The position numbers and the translations under genes are program-made. Shown here piece after piece: positions 19,413 through 30,192 of a DNA stretch of 64,000 bases. The DNA comes from an uncultured Candidatus Saccharibacteria bacterium (GTDB lineage Bacteria; Patescibacteriota; Minisyncoccia; UBA6257): positions 160,001 to 224,000 of the forward strand of contig CAYZJA010000001.1 in NCBI GenBank assembly GCA_964479005.1. Reading direction: 5' to 3'. Numbering within the stretch: position 1 is the stretch's first letter; the number at the start of each line of letters is the position of its first letter. The notes below the pieces were generated by a model. It saw nothing but the letters and a program-made list of their open reading frames with translations. It did not search any database and was not told the DNA's origin.

Positions 19413-20303
19413 ATGGATTTTATTAATAAGCGGAAAATTTTTTACGGTTTTTCAATAGCAATGATTGTTACTTCCTTTTTGTGTCTCCTGACCTTTGGAT
19501 TTAATTGGGGGATTGATTTTACTGGTGGAAGTCTTTGGGAATTAACTACAGCAGATATTAAAAATGACACAATTAAAATTGTAAATTATTTAGAAAACCA
19601 AGAATTAGGGCAAATTAATGTTCAAACTACAAATGAAAATAGTTTAATATTACGCTTTTCTAATATTTCTGAAGAAAAACATGTCCAATTATTTAAAGGA
19701 TTACAAGAGAAACTTTCTTTAATTCAGGAAAGAAAATTTGAATCAATTGGTCCTTCCATTGGACAGGAATTGAAATCCAAGTCTATTTGGGCTGTTCTTT
19801 TAGTCTTTTTTGGAATTTTAGCATATCTTTCTTATGCTTTTCACAATTCCTCCTTCCGTATTCCGTCTTATCGTTATGGTATTTTGGCAGTTTTAGTATT
19901 AATGCATGACGCAGTGTTCATTATAGGTTTATTTTCCTTGCTGGGAAAATTAAAAGGATGGGAAGTAAATTCGGATTTTTTGGTGGCTCTATTGGTAGTA
20001 GCTGGTTATTCTGTCCATGACACAATAGTAGTTTTTGATAGAGTTAGAGAAAATATACGATTAAAAACAAAAGAAAGTTTAGCTGAAATTATTAATTTAA
20101 GCATTAATCAAACCCTTTTGCGATCTTTAAATACATCTCTTACAACAGCTTTTCCTTTAATAGCTTTATATTTTTTAGGTCCTATTTCTATTAAAATACT
20201 GGTAATAGCAATGATTAGCGGTGTAATAATAGGTACTTATTCTTCAATTTGTCTTGCTGCCCCATTATTATATGATTGGTCGCTAAGGCGAGGACGAACT
20301 TAA
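19413..20303 (+). CDS. secF: protein translocase subunit SecF
   Basis: 'GIDFTGGSLWELT' and six TM segments. Confidence 0.85.
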   Translation: MDFINKRKIFYGFSIAMIVTSFLCLLTFGFNWGIDFTGGSLWELTTADIKNDTIKIVNYLENQELGQINVQTTNENSLILRFSNISEEKHVQLFKGLQEKLSLIQERKFESIGPSIGQELKSKSIWAVLLVFFGILAYLSYAFHNSSFRIPSYRYGILAVLVLMHDAVFIIGLFSLLGKLKGWEVNSDFLVALLVVAGYSVHDTIVVFDRVRENIRLKTKESLAEIINLSINQTLLRSLNTSLTTAFPLIALYFLGPISIKILVIAMISGVIIGTYSSICLAAPLLYDWSLRRGRT

Positions 20304-20316
20304 TATCATTGCAATA

Positions 20317-21462
20317 TTGACTTTTTGTTTGTTTTTTGCTTTAATTAATAATATGAGTATAAACAATTTTAACTTAAGTAAAGAGAGTCCACATCAATTG
20401 GCTCTTAAAATCATTGCTATTTTACCTTCCCGCACGCAGGATATTGTTAAGAAAAGATTTGGTTTAGATAATAACGATCCTAAAACATTAGAAGCAGTTG
20501 GTCAGGATTATAAGATTACGAGGGAGAGAATTAGGCAAATTATAGAGGTAGCTTTAAAAACTGTTAAAAAACAGCCAGTTTTAAAAATGGCTGATGTTTT
20601 TATAAAGCAAGCTGAACAGATTTTAAAGCAAAGCGGAGGAGTAGACGAGAACGTGAGGTTCCTTACAAAAATAGATAAGCAGTTTAAAGAATCAAAAGGG
20701 AATCTGTCCGCAATTAGATTTTTATTGGCATTAAATCCTGATTTTTCATTTGAAGAAGAAAATGATTTATACAATAGTTTTTGGCATTTTTCCAGGATTT
20801 CCAAAAATAAAATTTATAAAAATATTAAAAATATAGAAGGACTTTTTAAGAAAAAACAATCAACTTATTTGATGAACGAAATATTGACTTTGGTTAAAAA
20901 AAATATTTCCTCAAATATTAATAAGGAAGAGCTAAGGGCATATTTAGAAATATCCAAGAAAGTTGGTATGAATCCATTTGGCGAGTATGGCCTATTTGAT
21001 TGGATGGAGATAGATCCATCTGGCGCTCGCGATAGGGCATATTTAATAATGAAACATTCTAAAAAGCCTTTACATTTTTCTGATATTACAAAACGCCTTA
21101 ATGAGTGTAATGAAATAACTATTCCAGCATCTGTTGCCTCTCATTCTTGGCAAAAGAAAGTATGTATTCAAACAGTGCATAATGAATTAATCCGTGATTC
21201 CCGTTTTGTTCTTATTGGAAGGGGAATTTATGCGTTAGGAGAGTGGGGTTATAAACCTGGAAAAATAGTCAATGTTATTAAGGATATTTTAAAGGAAGCC
21301 GGAAAACCGTTAAAACAGGAAGCAATCATTAAGGAAGTTAAAAAACGCAGAATGGCAAAAGATAATACTATTATTTTGAATCTTCATAATAAGAAATATT
21401 TTAAAAAATTGCCGAATAAATATTATAGCTTAGTTAGGTCCTATAAAATATTAGAGGTTTAA
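20317..21462 (+). CDS. DNA-binding protein with N-terminal sigma-70 region-4-like HTH and C-terminal HARE-HTH-like domain
   Basis: '[46 protein letters not shown]' matches the sigma-70 region 4.2 pattern. The C-terminal 'KPLHFSDITKRL...DSRFVLIGRGIYALGEWGY' resembles the RpoE-delta/HARE-HTH 'DGRFVxLGRGxWGLxEW'. Confidence 0.55.
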   Translation: MTFCLFFALINNMSINNFNLSKESPHQLALKIIAILPSRTQDIVKKRFGLDNNDPKTLEAVGQDYKITRERIRQIIEVALKTVKKQPVLKMADVFIKQAEQILKQSGGVDENVRFLTKIDKQFKESKGNLSAIRFLLALNPDFSFEEENDLYNSFWHFSRISKNKIYKNIKNIEGLFKKKQSTYLMNEILTLVKKNISSNINKEELRAYLEISKKVGMNPFGEYGLFDWMEIDPSGARDRAYLIMKHSKKPLHFSDITKRLNECNEITIPASVASHSWQKKVCIQTVHNELIRDSRFVLIGRGIYALGEWGYKPGKIVNVIKDILKEAGKPLKQEAIIKEVKKRRMAKDNTIILNLHNKKYFKKLPNKYYSLVRSYKILEV

Positions 21463-22655
21463 TGTTAGGAGAGATTATTCGTGAATTTTGGTGGATATTA
21501 GCCCTTATTGTTTTGGGGAAGTTTTTTATTGATTCAAGTAAAAAGTATGAAGAGAAAAAAAAGAAAGAAAAAGAAGAGATAAAAGATTGGGTTACTCTAC
21601 AAGCAAAGATTAATCGTGAGATATTACAAACTCCTAAAGCAATGGAGCAAGTATTTAATGGTTTTCATGTTATAGAAAAGGGATATATTTGCTTAGAGCT
21701 GGTTGGTATGGACAGAGAGATATATTTTATTATTCGCGCACCTAAAGAATATAAAAATTTAGTAGAATCACAATTTTACGCGCAATATCCAGAAATAGAA
21801 ATTAAAGAGATTGATGATTATTTTTCACGTCTTCCAGCTCATTTACCAAATAAGGATTTTGATTTATGGGGAACCGAGATCATTTTAGAAAAAGAAAATT
21901 ATTATCCTATTAAAACTTATTCTTATTTTGAGGAATTAAAAGAAGAAAAAAGAATTGATCCAATATCAAGTTTTGCAGAAAGTATTGCCAAGCTTCAAAA
22001 ATCTGAATGGTTTATTTTAGAGATTCTTATTAAACCTCTTTCTGATAAAGATGAGGAAAAATTTATAAATGAAGGGAAAAAACAGATTGACAGTATGTTA
22101 GGTAAAAAAAAGGGAAAAGAAATTACTTGGACAGATTGGGTTGGAGCTTTTTTTAAAAATCTTTTAGTAGGACTAGTTGAACCTCCAGTTTGGCCTACAA
22201 AAGAAGAAAAGAAAAATGGGGCGCCTTTAGTCATTTCATCTGGTGAAAAGGATATAATTAAATCAATTGAAAATAAAATAAGCCGATTATCATTTAATAC
22301 AAACATAAGATTGATTTATATTTCCCCAAAAAAGATTTTTAACGAATCTAATATTTCCGCTTTTATGGCGTTTTTGAAACAATTTAATTCAAAAGATTTA
22401 AATGGTTTTAAGATCAACAAAGACGCTTCTACAATTCTTAAATCTAAATTTTTGCAAAACAGAAGATTATTTTTAAAAAAGATGGATTTTTATCAAAAGT
22501 GTTTAAAGCGAACAAAAACGCAAGATGCAATGATTTTAAACACAGAAGAATTGGCGACTATTTATCATTTCCCGGCATTAAAGGTTGTAACCCCTACATT
22601 GGTCAGGGTTTTGAGTAAAAAAGGCGAACCGCCAGCAGGGTTGCCAGTAGAATAA
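21462..22655 (+). CDS. membrane-anchored hypothetical protein, translationally coupled to flanking genes
   Basis: N-terminal TM 'FWWILALIVLGKFFI' and a Lys/Glu-rich linker. TAATG overlap with the upstream gene and a 4-nt gap to the downstream ATPase. Confidence 0.5.
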   Translation: MLGEIIREFWWILALIVLGKFFIDSSKKYEEKKKKEKEEIKDWVTLQAKINREILQTPKAMEQVFNGFHVIEKGYICLELVGMDREIYFIIRAPKEYKNLVESQFYAQYPEIEIKEIDDYFSRLPAHLPNKDFDLWGTEIILEKENYYPIKTYSYFEELKEEKRIDPISSFAESIAKLQKSEWFILEILIKPLSDKDEEKFINEGKKQIDSMLGKKKGKEITWTDWVGAFFKNLLVGLVEPPVWPTKEEKKNGAPLVISSGEKDIIKSIENKISRLSFNTNIRLIYISPKKIFNESNISAFMAFLKQFNSKDLNGFKINKDASTILKSKFLQNRRLFLKKMDFYQKCLKRTKTQDAMILNTEELATIYHFPALKVVTPTLVRVLSKKGEPPAGLPVE

Positions 22656-22659
22656 ATTT

Positions 22660-24210
22660 ATGGATATAAATCATATTGGAATAACAAATTTTAGAGATGA
22701 ATTTCAGCGATTTGGCATTAAAGCCGATGATAGGCGTCGGCATATATATTTTGTTGGAAAGAGTGGAGTAGGTAAGACTACAATGATGGAGAATATGATT
22801 ATTCAGGATATTAATAATGACAAAGGTGTATGTGTTATTGATCCTCACGGAGAATTAATAAACAGAGTTCTTTACTTTATTCCTGAAAACAGAATAAAAG
22901 ATGTGATTTATTTTAATCCTGGCGATGTTGAATGGCCAATTGCTTTTAATGTTATTGAAGAAGTTCCAGTAGAATATCGCCATTTGGTTGTAGCGGGTTT
23001 AATGGGAGTCTTTAAAAAAATCTGGCCAGATGTATGGTCTGCCAGAATGGAATATATCTTAAATAATGCTTTACTGGCTCTTTTAGAATATCCTGGAGCA
23101 ACGCTTTTAGCTGTAAACAGATTGCTTTCTGACGAAGATTTTCGTAAAGCAGTAATGAAAAAGGTAACAGATCCAATAGTTAAATCTTTTTGGGAAAGAG
23201 AGTTTGCTCGTTATAATGCCCGCTTTGCGACAGAAGCAATTGCTCCAATTCAAAATAAAGTTGGGCAATTTATTTCAAACCCTTTAATTAGAAATATTAT
23301 TGGACAGAAAGAATCAAAAATTGATATCAGGAAAATAATGGATGATGGTAAGATTCTTTTAGCTAATTTGTCAAAAGGAATGGTTGGTGAGGATAATTCT
23401 AGTCTTTTGGGAGCTCTCTTGGTTACAAAAATACAATTAGCTGCAATGAGCCGTATAGATGTTCCTGAAGAGAAAAGAAAGGATTTTTATTTGTACGTAG
23501 ATGAGTTTCAAAATTTTTCCACTGAATCATTTGCTTCTATTTTTGCCGAAGCTAGAAAGTATCGTTTAAACTTAGCTTTAGCTCATCAATATATAGCTCA
23601 ACTTAATGAGCAAGTTAAAGATTCTATTTTTGGTAATATAGGAACTTTGATTTCTTTTAGATTGGGCCCTGAAGACGCGGAATTACTGGAAAAATATTTT
23701 GCTCCAGAATTTTCAAAAGAAGATTTAATTAATCTTCCAAATTATAATTTTTATATAAAATTGATGATTGATGGTGTTTTGTCCAAAAGTTTTTCAGCGA
23801 TGAATATACCACCTTCTAGTTTGCCAGAGAACTCGTTTATACAAGAAATAATTCAGTATTCACGTGAGCATTATGCTGCTTTGCGGCAAGAAATTGAAAA
23901 GAATATCGCGCATTGGGAGTTATTGGATTTTTCTCCAAGCTTCAAGGCAGGGGATCTTAGAAGCAGAAAAGTTGGCGTTAAAGAAGGTTGGGAAGCTGTA
24001 TGTTCTCAATGTGGAAAAAGAATTATTGTACCTTTTCAACCAGATCCTGCCAGGCCTGTTTATTGTGATGAATGTTTTAAAGAAATACGAAGGCAAAGAG
24101 GAAAAGATTTAACACATGCAAATTCTGTTCAGCATACTCAATCTAAAATTAAACCAAAAAAAGAAGAAATAAAGGAGGTAATTAAAAATATTTTCCGTCA
24201 GGATACTTAA
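22660..24210 (+). CDS. TraD/VirD4 (type IV coupling protein)-like FtsK/HerA-superfamily P-loop ATPase with C-terminal zinc ribbon
   Basis: Walker A 'FVGKSGVGKTT', then 'VIDPHGE' (cf. VirD4 DPKGE), Walker B 'YLYVDEFQNF', C-terminal 'CSQCGKRIIVPF..PVYCDECF' CxxC..CxxC. No TM segments. Confidence 0.6.
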   Translation: MDINHIGITNFRDEFQRFGIKADDRRRHIYFVGKSGVGKTTMMENMIIQDINNDKGVCVIDPHGELINRVLYFIPENRIKDVIYFNPGDVEWPIAFNVIEEVPVEYRHLVVAGLMGVFKKIWPDVWSARMEYILNNALLALLEYPGATLLAVNRLLSDEDFRKAVMKKVTDPIVKSFWEREFARYNARFATEAIAPIQNKVGQFISNPLIRNIIGQKESKIDIRKIMDDGKILLANLSKGMVGEDNSSLLGALLVTKIQLAAMSRIDVPEEKRKDFYLYVDEFQNFSTESFASIFAEARKYRLNLALAHQYIAQLNEQVKDSIFGNIGTLISFRLGPEDAELLEKYFAPEFSKEDLINLPNYNFYIKLMIDGVLSKSFSAMNIPPSSLPENSFIQEIIQYSREHYAALRQEIEKNIAHWELLDFSPSFKAGDLRSRKVGVKEGWEAVCSQCGKRIIVPFQPDPARPVYCDECFKEIRRQRGKDLTHANSVQHTQSKIKPKKEEIKEVIKNIFRQDT

Positions 24211-24217
24211 TTAAAAG

Positions 24218-25315
24218 ATGAAAAAAACGATTGCAATTGTTTGTGGGGGGAAAAGCGGAGAACATGAAGTGTCTTTGCGTTCTGCTTTTTATGTTTACAA
24301 TAATATAAATAAAAAAAAGTATCGGGCAGTAATTATAGCAGTTGATAAAAAAGGAAAATGGTATTTTAGCCGTAATTTTAAAGATATTATTAATACTATT
24401 GGTCAGTTATGGAAATTAAAATCCAGATTAGATGAAATTGTTCTTTTAAAATCCAAAAAATGTAGTCAGGTATTCAGCTTAAAACAAAAGAAAAATTTAA
24501 TTGGAATAGATATATTTTTTCCATTAATTCATGGCACTTACGGAGAAGACGGTTGTTTGCAGGGATTTTTTGAGCTTTTAGGTATTCCTTATGTAGGGGC
24601 AGATGTTATAGGCTCGGCAATAGCAATGGATAAAGAAATAACAAAAAGATTATTAATGCTTGAAAAAATACCTGTGACAAAATTTATTATCCTTAAAAAA
24701 GAAGACAAATTAGTAGAGAGAAAAAGAAAAGTTAATCAAGCTATAAAAGAGTTTCATTTTCCTCTTTTTATTAAACCTGTTTGTTTAGGCTCTTCAGTGG
24801 GAATATCCAAGATTTTTAGCAAAAAAGAAATTAATAAGGCTATTGAAGAAGCATTCCAATACGATAACAGAATTATGATTGAAAAATTTGTAAAAGGAAG
24901 AGAAATTGAATGTTCAGTATTAGGAAATTCTAATCCAAGGGCTTCTTTGCCAGGAGAAATCAAATCTCGTTCTTTTTATTCCTATGAGGCAAAGTATTTA
25001 AATTCTGAAGAAGCAGAACTATTGGTTCCAGCTTCTTTGTCAGAAAAAATTATTAAAAAAGTGCAGGAATTAAGTATTAAAGTATTTAAAATATTAAAAT
25101 TGCAAGGAATGGCGCGAATAGATTTTTTCTTAAAGCCAAATGAACAATTAATAGTTAATGAGGCAAATACTATTCCAGGATTTACTCAAATTAGTATGTA
25201 TCCCAAATTATGGCAAATTTCAGGGATAAAATATTCAAAACTACTTGATGAATTAATTCAATTATCTATTGAGAATTTTAACAATAAAAATAAATTAAAA
25301 AGAAATTATCAATGA
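24218..25315 (+). CDS. ddl: D-alanine--D-alanine ligase
   Basis: 'KKTIAIVCGGKSGEHEVSLRSA' N-terminus and ATP-grasp motifs. Confidence 0.9.
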   Translation: MKKTIAIVCGGKSGEHEVSLRSAFYVYNNINKKKYRAVIIAVDKKGKWYFSRNFKDIINTIGQLWKLKSRLDEIVLLKSKKCSQVFSLKQKKNLIGIDIFFPLIHGTYGEDGCLQGFFELLGIPYVGADVIGSAIAMDKEITKRLLMLEKIPVTKFIILKKEDKLVERKRKVNQAIKEFHFPLFIKPVCLGSSVGISKIFSKKEINKAIEEAFQYDNRIMIEKFVKGREIECSVLGNSNPRASLPGEIKSRSFYSYEAKYLNSEEAELLVPASLSEKIIKKVQELSIKVFKILKLQGMARIDFFLKPNEQLIVNEANTIPGFTQISMYPKLWQISGIKYSKLLDELIQLSIENFNNKNKLKRNYQ

Positions 25316-25686
25316 AACTTTCTTTTAAAAAATTTCTCAAAAGCATATATCATGCCTCTCAAGGAATAAAATATGTATTTTTGCAACAGAATTTCTTTTT
25401 AATGTTTCTTATAACGATTGGAACATTAATTCTCGGATTTTGGCTGCAAATTTCTTATTTTGAATGGCTGATAATAATCTTTCTTATTGGTTTTATTCTT
25501 AGTTTAGAAATATTAAACACTGTCCTTGAAAGAACATTAGATTTTTTAGAGCCATATATTTCTGATAAAATTAGAATGATAAAAGACTTAATCGCAGGAG
25601 CGGTTTTTTTAGCTTGTTTGACAGCGCTTATTTTAGGATTTATAATCTTTTTTCCCAAAATACTTATAATAATTTTAAATAACTAA
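25312..25686 (+). CDS. dgkA: diacylglycerol/undecaprenol kinase (DgkA family)
   Basis: A 124-aa three-TM protein with 'EILNTVLERTLD' (E..N..E motif of prokaryotic DAGK). Confidence 0.7.
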   Translation: MKLSFKKFLKSIYHASQGIKYVFLQQNFFLMFLITIGTLILGFWLQISYFEWLIIIFLIGFILSLEILNTVLERTLDFLEPYISDKIRMIKDLIAGAVFLACLTALILGFIIFFPKILIIILNN

Positions 25687-25706
25687 ATTCATAAATTAGA
25701 AATATT

Positions 25707-27506
25707 ATGATTTCTTCTTCTGAAGAGATAAAAAATAAATTAGATATTAAAGAAGTAATTGGTCAGTATGTAAAACTGCAGAAAGCAGGGGCTAATCATA
25801 GGGCTCTTTGCCCTTTTCATAAAGAAAAAACCCCTTCGTTTTTTGTTTCTCCATCCCGTCAAATTTGGCATTGTTTCGGTTGCGGAGAAGGGGGGGATAT
25901 TTTTTCTTTTATAATGAAGATAGAAAATATTGAATTTAAAGAAGCTTTAAAAATATTAGCTCAAAAAGCAGGAGTAAAATTAGCTTATGAAAATCCTCAG
26001 GTGCGTTCTCAGAAACAAAGGTTGATTGATATTAATAAAGAAGCAGTGATATTTTTTGAAGAGAATCTTTGGAAAGAGAAAGAAGTTATAGATTATCTTA
26101 TTAAAAGAGGCTTTAAACAAGAGACAATAAAAGAATTTCATCTTGGCTGGGCTTCTGATGAATGGCAATTTCTTAGCGACTTGCTTATAAAAAAAGGATT
26201 TAAATCAGAAGACATTGTGGCTAGTGGTCTAGGCATTTCTAAAAACACAAAAATATACGATCGTTTTCGTTCACGAATTATGTTTCCTATAGAAGATTAC
26301 TCCCAAAACATAGTTGGTTTTACCGGCAGAATTTTTCAAGGTAAAACTCCTTTGAAAACGATTAGAGATATAGAAAAAATAGGAAAATATATTAATAGTC
26401 CACAAACTTTAATCTTTGATAAAAGTAAGATTTTATATGGTTTATCAAAAAGCAAAAATTATCTACGTTCTCAAGAAAATACTTTGTTAGTAGAAGGCCA
26501 AACAGATTTCTTAATGGGTTGGCAGGCAGGTATTAAAAATATAGTAGCTACTTCGGGAACAGCTTTAACTTTTTATCAATTAAAGATTCTAAGAAGGTAT
26601 AATAATACTTTGGTTTTAGGTTTTGATATGGATGAAGCAGGAGAAAAAGCGGCTGAAAGAAGCATAGAATTAGCATTATCTAGAGAATTTAATATAAAGA
26701 TTCTTAGGTTGCCCCAGGGAAAAGATTTAGCCGACTATCTCAATGATAAGGAAAACAAAGAAAACATTAAAGATTTAATAAATCAAGCCGAGGCAATAAT
26801 GGATTTTTATTTTACCAGAGCCAAAAACGCAGGCGATAAAACAAATATTGATGGTAAGAAAGCCATAGCTTCTTATTTTCTTCCTAAAATCAAAAAACTT
26901 AATAATGCCCTAGATAGATCCTTTTGGATAAATAAGCTCTCGCGTTTTATAAATATCCCTGAACAAGCCCTTGAAGATGAATTAAATAGGCTATTAAAAG
27001 AAGTCGATAAAGAAAATGTTATTGATGAAAATGAATCTCTTTATCAATTTCCCGCTTCTCAATTGCAATCACGAATAGATGGCATAGCTGAAAGAATAAT
27101 ATCTTTTTTAATAAAAACGCCTTCATTAAAAAAAGAGGCTTCTGAATATGAAGAATATTTTCCCGAGAATTTTCAAAAGATTTTTGAAGTTATCAAAAAC
27201 ATTTCTTCGGAAAAAGATTTGAGTATTGAAAATTTGAAAAAAGTAAATTTACCGGAAAATTTAATTAATCAAATCAATCAATTAGCCTTGAGAGCTGATT
27301 ACGAGACAGAATTATTGGAAAAATTTCAGGTTTCTCTTGATGAGGAATTTAAGAAAGAATTAAAAGAATTAAAAAGAGAGTACACCAAGAAGGAATTAGA
27401 AGGAATAGAAAAAGAAATTCAGGTTGCGGAAAAAAATAAAGATAAAAAAGTGCTCAAAGATTTAATGACAAAATTTAACAAATTATCAAAAAGATTATTA
27501 AATTAA
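25707..27506 (+). CDS. dnaG: DNA primase
   Basis: CHC2 zinc finger '[29 protein letters not shown]' and TOPRIM '[10 protein letters not shown]'. Confidence 0.9.
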   Translation: MISSSEEIKNKLDIKEVIGQYVKLQKAGANHRALCPFHKEKTPSFFVSPSRQIWHCFGCGEGGDIFSFIMKIENIEFKEALKILAQKAGVKLAYENPQVRSQKQRLIDINKEAVIFFEENLWKEKEVIDYLIKRGFKQETIKEFHLGWASDEWQFLSDLLIKKGFKSEDIVASGLGISKNTKIYDRFRSRIMFPIEDYSQNIVGFTGRIFQGKTPLKTIRDIEKIGKYINSPQTLIFDKSKILYGLSKSKNYLRSQENTLLVEGQTDFLMGWQAGIKNIVATSGTALTFYQLKILRRYNNTLVLGFDMDEAGEKAAERSIELALSREFNIKILRLPQGKDLADYLNDKENKENIKDLINQAEAIMDFYFTRAKNAGDKTNIDGKKAIASYFLPKIKKLNNALDRSFWINKLSRFINIPEQALEDELNRLLKEVDKENVIDENESLYQFPASQLQSRIDGIAERIISFLIKTPSLKKEASEYEEYFPENFQKIFEVIKNISSEKDLSIENLKKVNLPENLINQINQLALRADYETELLEKFQVSLDEEFKKELKELKREYTKKELEGIEKEIQVAEKNKDKKVLKDLMTKFNKLSKRLLN

Positions 27507-27507
27507 T

Positions 27508-28824
27508 ATGAAACGAATTAAAAAAAACAAAAAGAAGAAAAAAGTTAGAAAAGGAAAAGCCCGTCTTGCTAAAACTTTAGTGAGGCGAGCAAAAAAGGTA
27601 AAAGTTGTAAAAAAGAAAAGAAAAGTAAAAATCATTAAAAGAACAAGAAAAGTAAGGAAGATGAGGAAAATCAAAAAAACCGGGAAGATTAAGAATAACA
27701 AGAAGGTCAAGAATATTAAGAAAAAAAGGCAACAGCCCAAAAAAGAGAAAATACAAGAAAAGATAGGGGTATTGATTGAAAGGGGTAAATCGCGAGGATT
27801 TATTACCCAAGATGAGATCTTAAAATATTTTCCACGCATTGAAGCAGATATTAATCTTTTAGAAAAACTTTATGATGCATTAGCAGAGGTTAATATTGAA
27901 GTAGTAGAAAGTGGGGATTTATTGATACCAAAAAAAGAAGTTTCTGATAAAGAATTAAAAGATGCTTTAAAAGTTCCAAGTTCCAGGGTATTATCTGGGG
28001 CAGTTCAGTCATATCTTAGGGAGATAGGAAAAGTTTCTCTTTTAACTGCTGAGGAAGAAAGGGAATTAGCAAAAAAAGTAGATAGCGGAGATGAACAAGC
28101 AAGACGAAAGATGATTGAAGCCAATCTCCGTTTAGTGGTTTCTATTGCCAAACGTTATATCGGCCGAAGCAGAAATTTGGGCTTATTGGATTTGATTCAG
28201 GAAGGCAATATTGGTCTTTCTAAAGCAGTTGATAAATTTGATTACAAAAAAGGTTTTAAATTTTCCACTTATGCCACTTGGTGGATCAGGCAAGCGATTA
28301 CACGGGCTTTAGCTGATCAAGGACGGACGATTCGTATTCCCGTACATATGGTTGAAACAATTACCAAATATTTAAAAACAAGAAGGGCATTGGCTCAAAC
28401 ATTGGGGAGGGATCCTTTACCAGAAGAAATAGCTTCTGAAATGGGGAAAGAAGTTGAAGAAATTCTTTACCTTATGAGAATTTCTCAAAGCACTTCATCA
28501 TTAAATCAACCAGTAGGGGATGAAGATGGCGGCAGCCAGTTAGGAGATTTTATTTCAGATACGAAAGCCATAACTCCTGATAGCCATGCTGCAAGAGAAT
28601 TGTTAAAAACCGAATTAGAAAAAATTATGAGTGAATTATCTGAAAGAGAAAGAGAGATCATAAAAATGAGGTTTGGCTTGGAAGATGAAATCACCCATAC
28701 ATTAGAAGAAGTAGGAAAATCTTTTGGCGTGACTCGAGAAAGAATTAGACAGATTGAAGCTAAAACCTTAGAAAAACTTAAAGAACATTCTCAATCTAAT
28801 AGACTCAAAGAGTTTTTAAAGTAG
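27508..28824 (+). CDS. rpoD: RNA polymerase sigma factor RpoD with ~80-aa Lys-rich N-terminal extension
   Basis: Region 2.4 '[13 protein letters not shown]' and region 4 '[23 protein letters not shown]'. The N-terminal 80 aa are more than 50 percent K/R. Confidence 0.9.
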   Translation: MKRIKKNKKKKKVRKGKARLAKTLVRRAKKVKVVKKKRKVKIIKRTRKVRKMRKIKKTGKIKNNKKVKNIKKKRQQPKKEKIQEKIGVLIERGKSRGFITQDEILKYFPRIEADINLLEKLYDALAEVNIEVVESGDLLIPKKEVSDKELKDALKVPSSRVLSGAVQSYLREIGKVSLLTAEEERELAKKVDSGDEQARRKMIEANLRLVVSIAKRYIGRSRNLGLLDLIQEGNIGLSKAVDKFDYKKGFKFSTYATWWIRQAITRALADQGRTIRIPVHMVETITKYLKTRRALAQTLGRDPLPEEIASEMGKEVEEILYLMRISQSTSSLNQPVGDEDGGSQLGDFISDTKAITPDSHAARELLKTELEKIMSELSEREREIIKMRFGLEDEITHTLEEVGKSFGVTRERIRQIEAKTLEKLKEHSQSNRLKEFLK

Positions 28825-28826
28825 GT

Positions 28827-30170
28827 ATGAATCTACTGGAAAAAATAAAAAGGAATAGCTTATTGCGAAAGATGATTGCTTTTTTGGCTGCTTTGAGATT
28901 TGGTTTTCCAGGGCGTCATCTTACGATTATTGGTATTACAGGAACCACTGGCAAGACCACAACAGCTTTTATGATTAAGAATATACTGGAGGTTAATGGT
29001 ATAAAGACGGGATTAATTAGTACTGCAGGTTATTACATTGGAGAAGAAGTGATACATCCAGAAGCTTATGCGTCGGGCACTACGCCTGATCTATTTTTTC
29101 TTTATTACTTACTGAAAAAGATGGCAAAAAAAAGTTTGAAAGCGCCAGGTACTACACCTGATCCGTTTTTCCTTCACTATTTGCTAAGAAAGATGGTAAA
29201 AAAAGGCTTAAAAGCTGTAGTAATTGAAGTTGCTTCATTTGGTTTAATGTATGAACGAGTTTATGGATTAAATTTCTCAGCAGCAGTTTTAACTAATATT
29301 TCTTACAATCACCATATTACTTTGCATGGTAATATGAATAATTATGTTTCTGCTAAATTAAAACTTTTTCGTAATTTAAAAACGACATCAATTGCTGTTT
29401 TACCGAAAGAAAGCGAGTATTTTGATCTATTTGCCAAGAACACGCAAGCTCAAGTTCTAAAATTTGGTATTGATAAAACCTGCGATTTATGGATGGACAT
29501 AAAAGAGATTACTAAAACAGAAAATAAAGCGGTTATTCATTGCAATGACAATTCTTTTTCTATTAATTTACCTTTACCCGGGCTTTTTAATATTCTTAAT
29601 GCTTTAGCGGCTGTTGGCGCTGTTTATGGATTTTCTTTTTCCATTGAAAAATTAAAAAAGGGATTAGAAAGTTTAAAAGAAATTCCAGGACGATTAGAGT
29701 ATATAAATGGCAAGCATCCTTTTTCTATAATTATAGATAAAGCGAATACACCAGCAGCCTTTTATGGTATAATAGATTTTATTAAAATTTTAAATCCCAA
29801 AAAGAAAATTGCTGTTTATGGAAACTTTGGGGAAAGTCCTTTAAAAGAAAGGGAAAAACTGGCAGAAATAGCAACCAATTTTTTTGATATTACTATTATC
29901 ACAGAAGATGATCCCCAGGAAGAATCTCCTCAGAAGAGCATTAATGATTTTTTGAATTTTGTGAAAAAAAAGAATATTTCTTCAACTAAATACCAGTCTT
30001 TCCTAAATAGAAGGCAGGCAATTCAAGAAGCGATAAAACAGGCTAATAAAGGAGATTTAATAGTAATTTTAGGCCGTGGCAATGAACAAACAATGGATTA
30101 TGGAACTAAAATTACGCCTTTTGATGATAGGCAAGTGACGAGGGAGGTGCTGAAGAAACAAGGTTATTAG
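28827..30170 (+). CDS. murE: Mur ligase family protein, probably UDP-MurNAc-L-Ala-D-Glu--diamino acid ligase (MurE-like)
   Basis: 'IIGITGTTGKTTTAFM' P-loop and a 'GTTPD..L..LL.KM...G...V.IEV.S.GL' MurE-like block. It contains a 72-bp in-frame tandem duplication at 29078-29221. Confidence 0.65.
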   Translation: MNLLEKIKRNSLLRKMIAFLAALRFGFPGRHLTIIGITGTTGKTTTAFMIKNILEVNGIKTGLISTAGYYIGEEVIHPEAYASGTTPDLFFLYYLLKKMAKKSLKAPGTTPDPFFLHYLLRKMVKKGLKAVVIEVASFGLMYERVYGLNFSAAVLTNISYNHHITLHGNMNNYVSAKLKLFRNLKTTSIAVLPKESEYFDLFAKNTQAQVLKFGIDKTCDLWMDIKEITKTENKAVIHCNDNSFSINLPLPGLFNILNALAAVGAVYGFSFSIEKLKKGLESLKEIPGRLEYINGKHPFSIIIDKANTPAAFYGIIDFIKILNPKKKIAVYGNFGESPLKEREKLAEIATNFFDITIITEDDPQEESPQKSINDFLNFVKKKNISSTKYQSFLNRRQAIQEAIKQANKGDLIVILGRGNEQTMDYGTKITPFDDRQVTREVLKKQGY

Positions 30171-30192
30171 TTGTTAATTGTTATTATAGTTT

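Noticed and set aside
23864-24112. ORF 23864..24112 + inside the T4CP-like ATPase gene.
   Set aside because: It is an alternative frame of the ATPase C-terminus, which carries the convincing CxxC..CxxC ribbon in the main frame.
27498-27839. Minus-strand ORFs 27498..27839 and 27577..27810 (Phe/Leu-rich).
   Set aside because: They are antisense to the Lys-rich AAG/AAA-repeat N-terminus of rpoD. The reverse complement of Lys codons gives Phe/Leu. This is a spurious shadow ORF.
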